From: an uncultured Rikenellaceae bacterium
GTDB lineage: Bacteria > Bacteroidota > Bacteroidia > Bacteroidales > Tenuifilaceae
Direction: 5' to 3'
Assembly: GCA_964554585.1 (NCBI GenBank)
Contig: CAZKPD010000003.1
Span: forward strand, 252 to 49,196
DNA length: 48,945 nt
How positions within the stretch are numbered: position 1 is the stretch's first letter; each line of letters opens with the position of its first letter. Both the position numbers and the translations under genes were made by a program. The notes under the pieces were generated by a model, which saw nothing but the letters and a program-made list of their open reading frames with translations, was not told the origin of the DNA and did no database searches. This document shows, one piece after another, positions 39,765 to 48,945 of the stretch.

Positions 39765-42395
39765 ATGAATTCTAGCCAGATTAGACAAGCCTTTCTTGAT
39801 TTTTTTGCACAAAAACAGCATACCATAGTTCCTTCAGCACCCATGGTGATAAAGGACGATCCCACGCTTATGTTTACTAATGCTGGGATGAATCAGTTTA
39901 AAGAAATTTTTTTAGGAAATACAGAACCTAAAAGCAATAGGGTTGCCAATTCGCAGAAATGTTTAAGGGTATCGGGCAAGCATAACGACCTAGATGAGGT
40001 GGGACATGATACATATCACCACACCATGTTCGAAATGCTTGGTAACTGGTCGTTTGGAAATTATTTTAAAAAAGAAGCCATTGAATGGGCTTGGGAACTA
40101 TTAGTGGACGTGCTAAAGATTAATCCCGATAATCTATATGCCACTTACTTTGAGGGTAGTCCTGAGGATCAGCTGGAAAAAGATAAGGAGTCGTATGAAC
40201 ATTGGGCAAGATTCCTGCCCGATGAGAGAATCCTTACCGGATCGAAAAAGGATAATTTTTGGGAAATGGGCGAAACCGGCCCTTGCGGCCCCTGCTCTGA
40301 GGTTCATATCGACCTGAGAAGCCAAGCAGAGAAGGATAAAATACCCGGAAGGGACCTGGTGAATAAGGATCACCCACAAGTGGTTGAAATCTGGAATCTG
40401 GTATTTATTCAGTACAACCGCAGAGCCAATGGCTCACTGGTTCAGCTGCCTGCTCGGCATGTGGACACCGGAATGGGCTTTGAAAGGCTATGCATGGTTT
40501 TGCAAGGCAAACAGAGCAACTACGATACCGATGTATTCCAACCGCTTATCCAGCAGATTAGTTCCCAATGTGGAATACCCTACGGCAAGGAAGAGAAAAC
40601 GGACATTGCCATGCGGGTAATTGCCGACCACCTAAGGGCTGTATCATTCTCCATTGCCGATGGTCAGCTTCCATCAAACGTAAAAGCAGGCTATGTTATC
40701 CGCAGGATTTTACGCCGTGCCGTAAGGTATGGATATACTTTCCTAAATTTCCATGAGCCATTTATCTATAAATTGGTACCTACCCTTGCTGAACAAATGG
40801 GGCATTGGTTCCCTGAACTTGTGGCACAGCACGACTTAATCTCAAAAGTAATTAGGGAGGAGGAGAATTCGTTCCTACATACGCTGGACACCGGAATTCG
40901 TTTATTAGACACCGTGATTGACCAAGCCCTAAAGGCTGGAAAGAAATCCATCAACGGCAACGATGCCTTTACCCTCTATGATACCTACGGATTCCCATTT
41001 GACCTAACAGAGCTTATTCTTAGAGAACGCAACCTAACAGTGAGTAAGCAAGAATTTGATGAGGCCATGGCTCAGCAAAAAGACCGATCGAGAAGTGCCG
41101 GCTCCATTGAAGCACAGGATTGGGTTGAGCTCTCTACCTCTCCACAAACCAAGTTTGTAGGATACGAAACCCTAGAGAGCGAAGTGACCATTAGCAGGTA
41201 TAGAGTGGTTAAACAAAAGGGTGCGGAACAGTACCACGTTGTACTGAACCAAACTCCGTTTTATGCCGAATCGGGAGGGCAGGTTGGTGATATGGGAATA
41301 CTGAAAAACTCTAATGAGACCCTCAATGTTTTGAACACCTTTAAAGAGAGTAATCTTATTATCCACCAAATTGACAGGATTCCTACTCATGCTGAAGCCA
41401 AATTTACGGCTAAAGTTGATACCGTTAAAAGGCAGAATACTGCAAACAATCACACGGCTACACACCTTCTACACCATGCCCTTAGAGACGTACTTGGCAA
41501 ACATGTGGAGCAAAAGGGTTCACTGGTTCATCCTGACTACCTACGATTCGACTTCTCGCATTTTCAGAAGATGACCGATGAGGAGATTAGAACGGTAGAG
41601 CAAATGGTAAACCAAGCCATTAGGCAAAACACTTTGGTAGATGAGCATCGCGATTTATCTATGGATCAAGCCAAAGGCATGGGAGCCATTGCCCTTTTTG
41701 GCGAAAAATATGACGATCGGGTTAGGGTAATTCAGTTTGGCAATTCCATAGAGCTGTGCGGTGGCACCCACGTTTCCCAAACCGGCAGCATAGGGCTGTT
41801 TAAGATAGTTAGCGAAGGAGCTATCTCGGCCGGAGTTAGAAGGATTGAAGCCATTAGCGGCGAAAAGGCCGAGGAGTTCCTTTATACCCAGGTAGACGAA
41901 ATTAAAACCATCAGAGCCATGCTGGGCAATCCTCCCGAAGTACTTAAAGGAGTTGAGAAAATGGTTGCCTATAACGACTCGCTTAAAAAAGAGGTTGACA
42001 GCCTGCTCAAAGAGCAGATAAAACATCTTAAGCTTTCGCTTAAACAAAACGCACAAACCTTTTCCGGAGCTTCTGTAGTTGCTGCACAGGTTGATCTCAG
42101 CAATGCCGAGTCGGTTAAGGATTTAGCCTATGGGCTAAGAAACGAATTGGAAAAGGCCTTCGTGGTTCTGGGGGTTGAAATTGATCAAAAACCGCTGCTT
42201 ACCATTATTGCATCGGACGAGCTAGTTAAGCACAACGGGATTAATGTGTCCACAATTATTCGGGAGGCAGCGAAGGAGATTCTGGGCGGCGGAGGCGGAC
42301 AGCCATTCTATGCCACCGCAGGTGGCAAAAAGGCTGAAGGATTGCCAATGGCCATTCAAAAAGCAGTTGAAACCTTTAAAAAAAGCATGGGATAG
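39765..42395 (+). CDS. alaS: Alanine--tRNA ligase
   Basis: [35 protein letters not shown]. Confidence 0.98.
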   Translation: MNSSQIRQAFLDFFAQKQHTIVPSAPMVIKDDPTLMFTNAGMNQFKEIFLGNTEPKSNRVANSQKCLRVSGKHNDLDEVGHDTYHHTMFEMLGNWSFGNYFKKEAIEWAWELLVDVLKINPDNLYATYFEGSPEDQLEKDKESYEHWARFLPDERILTGSKKDNFWEMGETGPCGPCSEVHIDLRSQAEKDKIPGRDLVNKDHPQVVEIWNLVFIQYNRRANGSLVQLPARHVDTGMGFERLCMVLQGKQSNYDTDVFQPLIQQISSQCGIPYGKEEKTDIAMRVIADHLRAVSFSIADGQLPSNVKAGYVIRRILRRAVRYGYTFLNFHEPFIYKLVPTLAEQMGHWFPELVAQHDLISKVIREEENSFLHTLDTGIRLLDTVIDQALKAGKKSINGNDAFTLYDTYGFPFDLTELILRERNLTVSKQEFDEAMAQQKDRSRSAGSIEAQDWVELSTSPQTKFVGYETLESEVTISRYRVVKQKGAEQYHVVLNQTPFYAESGGQVGDMGILKNSNETLNVLNTFKESNLIIHQIDRIPTHAEAKFTAKVDTVKRQNTANNHTATHLLHHALRDVLGKHVEQKGSLVHPDYLRFDFSHFQKMTDEEIRTVEQMVNQAIRQNTLVDEHRDLSMDQAKGMGAIALFGEKYDDRVRVIQFGNSIELCGGTHVSQTGSIGLFKIVSEGAISAGVRRIEAISGEKAEEFLYTQVDEIKTIRAMLGNPPEVLKGVEKMVAYNDSLKKEVDSLLKEQIKHLKLSLKQNAQTFSGASVVAAQVDLSNAESVKDLAYGLRNELEKAFVVLGVEIDQKPLLTIIASDELVKHNGINVSTIIREAAKEILGGGGGQPFYATAGGKKAEGLPMAIQKAVETFKKSMG

Positions 42396-42464
42396 TATCC
42401 TAGTAACCTTACGAAATAAGAAAGGAGGCGTTAAGCCTCCTTTCTTGCATATAGTATCCTAGTA
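42392..42464 (+). repeat. 14-bp direct repeat flanking the terminator
   Basis: atagtatcctagta at 42392-42405 and 42451-42464. Confidence 0.75.
42418..42446. terminator. Bidirectional terminator
   Basis: aagaaaggaggc-gttaa-gcctcctttctt. Confidence 0.85.
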
Positions 42465-42470
42465 TTTGGA

Positions 42471-43568
42471 CTAATCCAACAGCTCAGCCAGTTTCTCTTT
42501 TAGAGCATCTCCCCTAAGGTTTTTGGCAATAATAATCCCCTCGGGAGAGATTAGCAGGTTCGTTGGGATTGACTGAACGCCATAGAGCTTGGCAATGGCA
42601 TTGTCCCAACCCTGAATATCAGAAACATGGATCCAAGTTAAACCATCCTTCTCAATAGCAGTTAGCCACTCATCTCTGCTCCGGTCAAGCGACACACCAA
42701 AAATATCAAATCCTTTTTTGCTGTAGGTTTTGTATAGGTTTACTAGGTTAGGATTCTCTTGTCTACAAGGTGTACACCAAGCGGCCCAAAAATCGAGAAG
42801 TACATAATTTTTACCAATCACAGATGAAAGGGCAATCATATTGCCATCCTTATCGGGATGAGAAAAATCCATATACTCCTGTCCTATGGCTGTTTTCTTA
42901 TCCAAGGCTACCTTTTCATTAAGAGAAACCACAAACGGTGATTTGGCAATACTCTCAAAACCCGACACGATGCTCTCTAGCTCCTCAAAATCAATCTGAT
43001 TGGCCAGTTGGGTTAGGGTGATATAGGCAGATACCACAGAATTGGGATTCTCTTTCACAAATACCACAGAAGCATCGATAAGCCTCTCGCTTTCAATCAT
43101 AAAATTGTTTCGTAGTTCCTCCTCTAGCTCAGGGGTCATGATGCCCTCTTGAAGTGCGGTTTGAAACTCTATCTGAATAGCCATAAGCGGTTGCGCTAGC
43201 TCTTCTTGTAAGGTATTGAACTGCATCAGCAGATCATGCTCTTTTGAGCCCAAAATATCGCTGGCCATAATATTATCGGCATGACCTTGTACTTTTACAT
43301 TCGAGTTTTCGAGGAAAAAGATAATGCGCTCACCATGAATTGCAAATTCAATGGCATAAAGGTTTGGAACCTCAACATTGCCTTTAAAGGTAAACTTACC
43401 CGACTCCATCATAGTGGAATCTTTTGTTACAAGGTCATTACCCTCTAGGGCTTTAAGATATACCATTTGATTGGTTGCATCCTCAATTTTACCTTCAATC
43501 TTGTAGCCCGTTGTGGTGCACGAGAAAGCAAGCAGTGCCACGCTAAAAATTACGATTAGTTTCTTCAT
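42471..43568 (-). CDS. TlpA/ResA-like thiol-disulfide oxidoreductase lipoprotein (DUF4369-like N-terminus)
   Basis: Lipobox LAFSC; LDFWAAWCTPC; SIP. Confidence 0.92.
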   Translation of the reverse strand: MKKLIVIFSVALLAFSCTTTGYKIEGKIEDATNQMVYLKALEGNDLVTKDSTMMESGKFTFKGNVEVPNLYAIEFAIHGERIIFFLENSNVKVQGHADNIMASDILGSKEHDLLMQFNTLQEELAQPLMAIQIEFQTALQEGIMTPELEEELRNNFMIESERLIDASVVFVKENPNSVVSAYITLTQLANQIDFEELESIVSGFESIAKSPFVVSLNEKVALDKKTAIGQEYMDFSHPDKDGNMIALSSVIGKNYVLLDFWAAWCTPCRQENPNLVNLYKTYSKKGFDIFGVSLDRSRDEWLTAIEKDGLTWIHVSDIQGWDNAIAKLYGVQSIPTNLLISPEGIIIAKNLRGDALKEKLAELLD

Positions 43569-43635
43569 GTTTTGATTTTGTTATTATGATTCTTGATTTT
43601 AGTACCAAACTGTACTTTATACTTTTTATTGTGAT

Positions 43636-44724
43636 TTATAATGATTTATAAAAATCGAACACCCTTTTTGCAGCCACAAAGGAACTTATCCTGTTGGCCA
43701 ACAGCTCAGCTTCTACCTCTTTAATAATGGATTGTACGGAGGGACTGTTAAACAGATCATCGCGCAAATTCTCATTAATGGTCTGATGCATCCAGTATTT
43801 GGCTTGGCTAAGCCTATGCTCGTCGAAATAACCAGAGCGAGTAGTTTCTTGGGTATAATTTAGGATCTCATCCCAAATTTCCTGAATGCCAGTCTGCTCC
43901 AATGAAGAACAGGTATGTACCTTGGGCGGCCAATTGGATTCAGGCACGGGGAATAGGTGTAGCGCATTTTGGTATTGAACCCTTGCCATTTGAGCCTTTT
44001 TCACGTTTTCTCCATCGGCTTTGGTTATGGCTATTAGGTCAGCCATTTCCATAATCCCCCTTTTTATGCCCTGTAGCTCATCGCCGGCACCGGCAAGCAT
44101 GAGCAGAAGGAAGAAATCAACCATAGAGTGTACTGCGGTCTCACTCTGTCCTACTCCTACAGTCTCCACAAAAATGGTATCGTACCCTGCTGCTTCGCAG
44201 AGGATTATGCTCTCGCGCGTTTTCCGGGCAACCCCACCCAGCGATCCTGCCGAGGGAGAAGGACGGATAAAGGCATTGGGGTCATTACAAAGGGTCTCCA
44301 TTCGGGTTTTATCGCCCAAAATACTCCCTTTGCTACGTTGGCTACTGGGGTCGATGGCCAGTACTGCCAACTTACGACCCATTGCGGTAATGGTTCCACC
44401 AAGGGCTTCGATAAACGTGCTTTTCCCTGCCCCCGGTACCCCGGTTATGCCAATCCGAATAGAATTTCCCGAATAGGGGAGGCACTGCTCAATCACTTTT
44501 TGTCCAACCTCGTAGTGCGAGGGCAACGCATTCTCAACAAGAGTGATAGCCTGGCTTAGTATGGTTATATTACCTTGCAGAATACCCTCAACATAAAAAT
44601 CGGGGGGTTGTATACGTTTTCGGCGCAACTGCGAACGCTCCAGAAACTGCTCGTTGACAGTAGGTGGTTGCGGCACCCCGGGATTAACCGTTAGCGCTGA
44701 CTTGGCTCTTTGCTTATGCTCCAT
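43636..44724 (-). CDS. meaB: Methylmalonyl-CoA mutase-associated GTPase
   Basis: GVPGAGKST, DPSS, GDKTRM, ETVGVGQSE, TKAD. Confidence 0.94.
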   Translation of the reverse strand: MEHKQRAKSALTVNPGVPQPPTVNEQFLERSQLRRKRIQPPDFYVEGILQGNITILSQAITLVENALPSHYEVGQKVIEQCLPYSGNSIRIGITGVPGAGKSTFIEALGGTITAMGRKLAVLAIDPSSQRSKGSILGDKTRMETLCNDPNAFIRPSPSAGSLGGVARKTRESIILCEAAGYDTIFVETVGVGQSETAVHSMVDFFLLLMLAGAGDELQGIKRGIMEMADLIAITKADGENVKKAQMARVQYQNALHLFPVPESNWPPKVHTCSSLEQTGIQEIWDEILNYTQETTRSGYFDEHRLSQAKYWMHQTINENLRDDLFNSPSVQSIIKEVEAELLANRISSFVAAKRVFDFYKSL

Positions 44725-44795
44725 ATGGGTAAAAAAATCGAACTACGAAGGTATGAATAATTGCACCTATTCCCTTGAAATTTTTGAAATGTTAG

Positions 44796-47345
44796 CTAAA
44801 CACTAACCCCAAAAACAACAATATCATCAATCTGTTCAATTGGGCCTCGCCATGCAAGATGCTCGTTAAGCAGCAGCTCTTTTTGCAATTCCATTGGCTT
44901 ATCGTGAATCTCAAGCAGGAACTGCTTAAACCGCTTGCTCATGTATTTGCGCCCGTCGTTACCCCCAAACTGATCGGGGAATCCATCGGAAAACATGTAG
45001 AACTTATCGTTGGGTTGCAATTCAATCACATGGTTAGTAAACGACCTATGGTCGTTCACATGAATGGCTACAGGCATCTTGTCTGCCTTATACTCAGTTA
45101 GCTCTCCATTACGAATAAGCACTAACGGATTATAGGCTCCGGCCCACTCTAACCTCATATTCTCCAAGTCGAGCATACAAAGGGAAATATCCATGCCATC
45201 CTTTTGCTCATTCTCCTTACCGGACTGTGAAAGAGTTTGCTTGATGATTGCTCTAAGCTTATTCAGAATTTCAGCCGGTTCCATAATCCCCTCCTTATTC
45301 ACAATCTCGTAGAGGGACGAAACACCAAGCATGCTCATAAATGCACCAGGAACGCCATGTCCGGTACAGTCGGCTGCTGTAAGAATCATTTTATTCTGAA
45401 GCATGGTGTACCAATAAAAGTCGCCGCTAACAATATCGCGGGGCAAGAAGAGCACAAAATGATCCTTAAGCGCTTCATCGAGCAAACTAGGTACAGGCAG
45501 AATAGCACTTTGAATCTTACTTGCATAGCGGATACTGTCGGTAATCTCCTGCTTTTGATGTGAGATTAGCTCATTCTTCTCTTCGAGCACTCGATTGGCC
45601 TTCTGCTTTTGACGAACCATATTTATTAGCAATAGGGCAAAGGCTAGGATGATAGTCAGCCCGCCAATGGCAATAAAAATAACCAGTCGTTGCCTTTGGT
45701 TCTCTAGGTGAAGGAGCGTTTTTTCGTTACTCAAAAGCTTAATCTCCTGCTCTTTCTTTTCCGTTTCATACTTAGTCTGCATCTCGGTAATCACCTTTTG
45801 GCTCTCTTCCGAGAAGAGCTCATCTTTCAGTAGGGTAAAACTCTTGAAATTGCTGTACGCTTGGGCCAGATTCCCCTCCTGCTCATAAACATTCGCCAGC
45901 TTTTGATACGCATACATAGCCAGCTCTTTGATGCCCAGCTCATTGGAAATATTCAGCGATTTCAACAGATGCCACTTGGCCAGCTCAGGGCTAAACTGCC
46001 TAAAGTAGAAATTGCCTAAATGGAAATGGGCAAGGGCAATCTCTTGTTGACTTTTAATTTGTTCGGCCAACGATAGGGCTTGGGTCAAACTTTCTTTTGC
46101 CTGTCCCCAACTTCTTACCCAAACGTAATGGCTGCCAAGGTTAATGTTCACATTGACAATCTCTTTAGCATCCTCAGTTTGCTCAAAAATGGCTAAGGCT
46201 TTCTCATAGTATTCAAAGGCGTTGCTAAAAGCTGCAAGAATCTCCTGCGCAGGAACTTTAACTATAGAATCTTCCCACGATTCGCCATACCGGTCAACAT
46301 ACTCGTTTGACACCAACCTGGAGTAGTTGTTGGCAATATTGTTAAGCGAGTGCGCCACCATGACAAGGTTTTCCTCCTCCTCATATATTTTGAGCGCAGC
46401 CTGATGAAACGCCAAAGCTTTCTCTGCATTGGCTTTATTGTCTTCAGTGGCCAGTATGCTTCGTGAGAGGCTTTCGTAAACTAAACCCAGCTCGGTGGAA
46501 ACTCCGGCAATAAAGGTGCGGCTATTGATCTGCTCAAAGATGGTTAAGCTCTTTTGGTATTGCTCCAGGGCTTGCTGAAAATTGCCAACCGTGCGGTAAA
46601 TACGCCCAAGATTATAGTATGCAATGGCCAATCCTGAGAGATCATTTAATTGCTCTTTCAGCTCAATCTCCTTTTGATGGCTTTTAATGGAATTCTGAAA
46701 ATCGCCAATGTCAAAATAGAGCCGCCCAATTCTGGCATAGGCCAAAGCAACCTCAAGCATATCGTTCTCTTCGTGCCGAATTTTCAGCGCCACATTCATG
46801 TAAACCAATGCTGAATCGGTTTTCCCCTCTCGCTGTGCTAAAACGCCCAAATCAATAAGCGCATCTGCCTCAAGCAGTCGGTTATTGGTTCTTCTGGCCA
46901 GCTCGAGCACCTCTTCCGTGTAGCTCGTTGACAGGCTGATAGAATCGAGCCAATAGTAGGCTTGCCCAATGTTGCGCTGAATACGACCGGTGAGGGCATC
47001 ATCCTTTTGCTGACGTGAAATGGCCAAAGCATCGAAAAAGAAACCAAGAGATTTCTCCTCCTCGTAGTGGATGATGTAATACTTCCCTATGGCATTGAGC
47101 GCTTCAGCCTCAAAGCGTAAATCTTTTTGCAGCTTAGCCAGCTCATATGCTTTGTTAGCATAGGCAAGCCCCTCCTCCTCGTATATGCACAAATCGGCAA
47201 GTTCAAGAAGTATGGCAAACTTTTCTGTCTCCTTTGCCGTTTCTAAAACGGAAATAAGGCTATCGGATTGACAATGTGCAGATTGCCCAAATGAAGAATT
47301 TACTAAAATTAAAGCGCTAAAAAGAAAAAATAACCTGCGTAACAT
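44796..47345 (-). CDS. Membrane sensor phosphatase: periplasmic TPR array, TM, SpoIIE/RsbU-type PP2C
   Basis: Signal peptide, TPRs, KYETEKKE, TM, SIRYASKIQ, VSGDFYW, DCTGHGVPGAFMS, DGMD, SDGFPDQ, DD. Confidence 0.92.
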   Translation of the reverse strand: MLRRLFFLFSALILVNSSFGQSAHCQSDSLISVLETAKETEKFAILLELADLCIYEEEGLAYANKAYELAKLQKDLRFEAEALNAIGKYYIIHYEEEKSLGFFFDALAISRQQKDDALTGRIQRNIGQAYYWLDSISLSTSYTEEVLELARRTNNRLLEADALIDLGVLAQREGKTDSALVYMNVALKIRHEENDMLEVALAYARIGRLYFDIGDFQNSIKSHQKEIELKEQLNDLSGLAIAYYNLGRIYRTVGNFQQALEQYQKSLTIFEQINSRTFIAGVSTELGLVYESLSRSILATEDNKANAEKALAFHQAALKIYEEEENLVMVAHSLNNIANNYSRLVSNEYVDRYGESWEDSIVKVPAQEILAAFSNAFEYYEKALAIFEQTEDAKEIVNVNINLGSHYVWVRSWGQAKESLTQALSLAEQIKSQQEIALAHFHLGNFYFRQFSPELAKWHLLKSLNISNELGIKELAMYAYQKLANVYEQEGNLAQAYSNFKSFTLLKDELFSEESQKVITEMQTKYETEKKEQEIKLLSNEKTLLHLENQRQRLVIFIAIGGLTIILAFALLLINMVRQKQKANRVLEEKNELISHQKQEITDSIRYASKIQSAILPVPSLLDEALKDHFVLFLPRDIVSGDFYWYTMLQNKMILTAADCTGHGVPGAFMSMLGVSSLYEIVNKEGIMEPAEILNKLRAIIKQTLSQSGKENEQKDGMDISLCMLDLENMRLEWAGAYNPLVLIRNGELTEYKADKMPVAIHVNDHRSFTNHVIELQPNDKFYMFSDGFPDQFGGNDGRKYMSKRFKQFLLEIHDKPMELQKELLLNEHLAWRGPIEQIDDIVVFGVSV

Positions 47346-47462
47346 ACCTATTCAATGTTTTACCAAAGGAATAATAAATAAATCAATTTAGTAAACATTT
47401 CTCAAAAAAACGATTACTCCTTTTTTATACTGAACTCTTTTATTTGTGCTTCTACACAAAAC

Positions 47463-47484
47463 AACTGCGAACAATCTTGCAGTT
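47463..47484. promoter_or_regulatory. Imperfect palindrome upstream of znuA, possible metal-regulator operator
   Basis: aactgcga-acaatc-ttgcagtt. Confidence 0.3.
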
Positions 47485-47636
47485 CATATTTCTAATCAGA
47501 TGTCCTTTGGACATATCTGCACCAAAAAAAATCAAACCTAGAGCAACTTAGGACTCGGTTACGAATAGAAAACATTTTCACGTGTTTTATGTTTATTTTT
47601 CAGTAATTTAAGCGCCCAATTTTAGATTCATAAACC

Positions 47637-48527
47637 ATGAGAAAAAATCTTTTCATCGCTCTGTTTTTCATTGCCCTGCTCGGTGCTTGTGGCCAACCTC
47701 ACAAGGAGGTTAACAAGCCCACTGTGATAGTCAGCATTCTACCCCAAAAATACTTTGTTGAGCGTATATCCGATACTTTGGTACAGGTTGAGGTGATGGT
47801 GCCCCCGGGCATCAGCCCGGAACTTTACGAACCAAGCCCCCGACAGCTCATGACCTTTAGCGAAGCCAACATCTATTTCTCATTGGGACTCTTGACGTTT
47901 GAGAAAACCATTCTTAAGGATATTTCTGCCCAAAACCCTCATGTACTTACCGTAAACCACTCCCAAAGTCTCAACCTGATTACCGGCGACCACCATCACG
48001 GGCATGGCTCCCATGGTCATGGACATGGGTATGACCCCCATGTGTGGACCTCGCCAAAAGAGGTGAAAACAATAGTTTCTGAGATAGAGCAAGCGCTTTC
48101 GAGTCAGTTCCCCGATTATGCACCACAATTTAAAGCAAACGCTTCTGCGTTTTTGGATGATATCCAAAAGCTGGATGAGCATATCAAGGCAACTTTTGAC
48201 GGCCACGATGGGGCTAGATTTTTTATTTTTCACCCTGCACTCTCTTACTATGCTCGCGACTGTGGCCTAGAGCAGGTTGCCTTTGAAGAAGAGGGCAAAT
48301 CGCCATCGGCCAAGTATTTGCGCCAAGTGCTTGAGCAGGCCAATGCCCAGGGTATTCGAACCATTTTTATTCAAAGGGAGTTTGATATAAATATTGCCAA
48401 AACCGCTGCAGCAGATATTGGCGGCGAGGTTGTGGTAATTGATCCGCTCGATCCTCATTGGCTCAACAACATGTACAGCATAACCCAAAGCATTAAGGAT
48501 GCTTTACCTAAAAAGGAGATGAACTAG
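47637..48527 (+). CDS. znuA: Zn/Mn ABC transporter substrate-binding lipoprotein
   Basis: Lipobox LGAC; YEPSP; His-rich loop HHHGHGSHGHGH; DPHVW; FHPA. Confidence 0.9.
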   Translation: MRKNLFIALFFIALLGACGQPHKEVNKPTVIVSILPQKYFVERISDTLVQVEVMVPPGISPELYEPSPRQLMTFSEANIYFSLGLLTFEKTILKDISAQNPHVLTVNHSQSLNLITGDHHHGHGSHGHGHGYDPHVWTSPKEVKTIVSEIEQALSSQFPDYAPQFKANASAFLDDIQKLDEHIKATFDGHDGARFFIFHPALSYYARDCGLEQVAFEEEGKSPSAKYLRQVLEQANAQGIRTIFIQREFDINIAKTAAADIGGEVVVIDPLDPHWLNNMYSITQSIKDALPKKEMN

Positions 48528-48945
48528 ATGGCTAAAATTCTCGAAATCATCTCGGCTTCTGTCGGGTATGGGCACAATACCATTCTTAAGGATATCAACT
48601 TTGAGGTGCTCGAAAACGATTTTATTGGAGTGATAGGACCCAACGGAGGAGGTAAAACCACCCTCCTAAAACTCCTTTTGGGCGAGCTCAAACCCTTTAA
48701 AGGTGAGGTAAAGTTTTACAATAAAACCCCACACGAAACGCTTTTCGGGTATCTCCCCCAGGCGGCCGGTATCGATAAGCGATTCCCCATCACTTCATTG
48801 GACGTAGTCCTGTCTGGAATTATGGGTCGTAAAGGGCTGTTTGAAAAGTATAACCAAAAGGATAAGCAACAGGCGCTTAAAATGCTTCAGCGGGTGGGTG
48901 TTGAAGAGTATGCTCACAAAGCCATTGGTGAGCTGTCGGGAGGGC
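48528..48945 (+). CDS. znuC: Zn ABC transporter ATP-binding subunit, 3'-truncated by window edge
   Basis: Not in ORF track; ATG abuts znuA stop (TAGATG); GPNGGGKTT, GYLPQ, ends in ELSGG. Confidence 0.88.
   Translation, partial: MAKILEIISASVGYGHNTILKDINFEVLENDFIGVIGPNGGGKTTLLKLLLGELKPFKGEVKFYNKTPHETLFGYLPQAAGIDKRFPITSLDVVLSGIMGRKGLFEKYNQKDKQQALKMLQRVGVEEYAHKAIGELSGG

Overview
A mostly housekeeping chromosomal segment from a Bacteroidota bacterium, probably an anaerobic Bacteroidales. The assignment rests on TTTG-N19/20-TAnnTTTG sigma-A promoters, Gln directly after most signal peptides, and Bacteroidota-type gene order (bcp-recA; alaS/M23/MerR; dapB-lepB). Core content includes partial copA, an MCP, a TPR plus beta-barrel pair, gyrB, dapB, lepB, bcp, recA, a phosphohexomutase, three tRNAs, prfA, pyrF, alaS, meaB, znuA and partial znuC. 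The main find is a ~9 kb block between gyrB and dapB (11350-20410) that looks like a non-canonical chaperone/usher-type pilus. It encodes a periplasmic Ig-fold chaperone-like protein and two homologous Cys-free, non-lipoprotein pilin-like subunits, one with and one without a candidate donor strand. It also encodes a 1175-aa usher-like barrel fused to an OmpA peptidoglycan-binding domain, an embedded TPR-PP2C sensor and a secreted MORN protein. Other notable items: a CarH/LitR-type B12 regulator plus ECF sigma with no carotenoid genes nearby, a decayed islet at tRNA-Phe carrying an ATPase-nuclease, a candidate sRNA/leader, and a pentapeptide-bearing chemoreceptor. All calls come from motif reading; no database searches were run.
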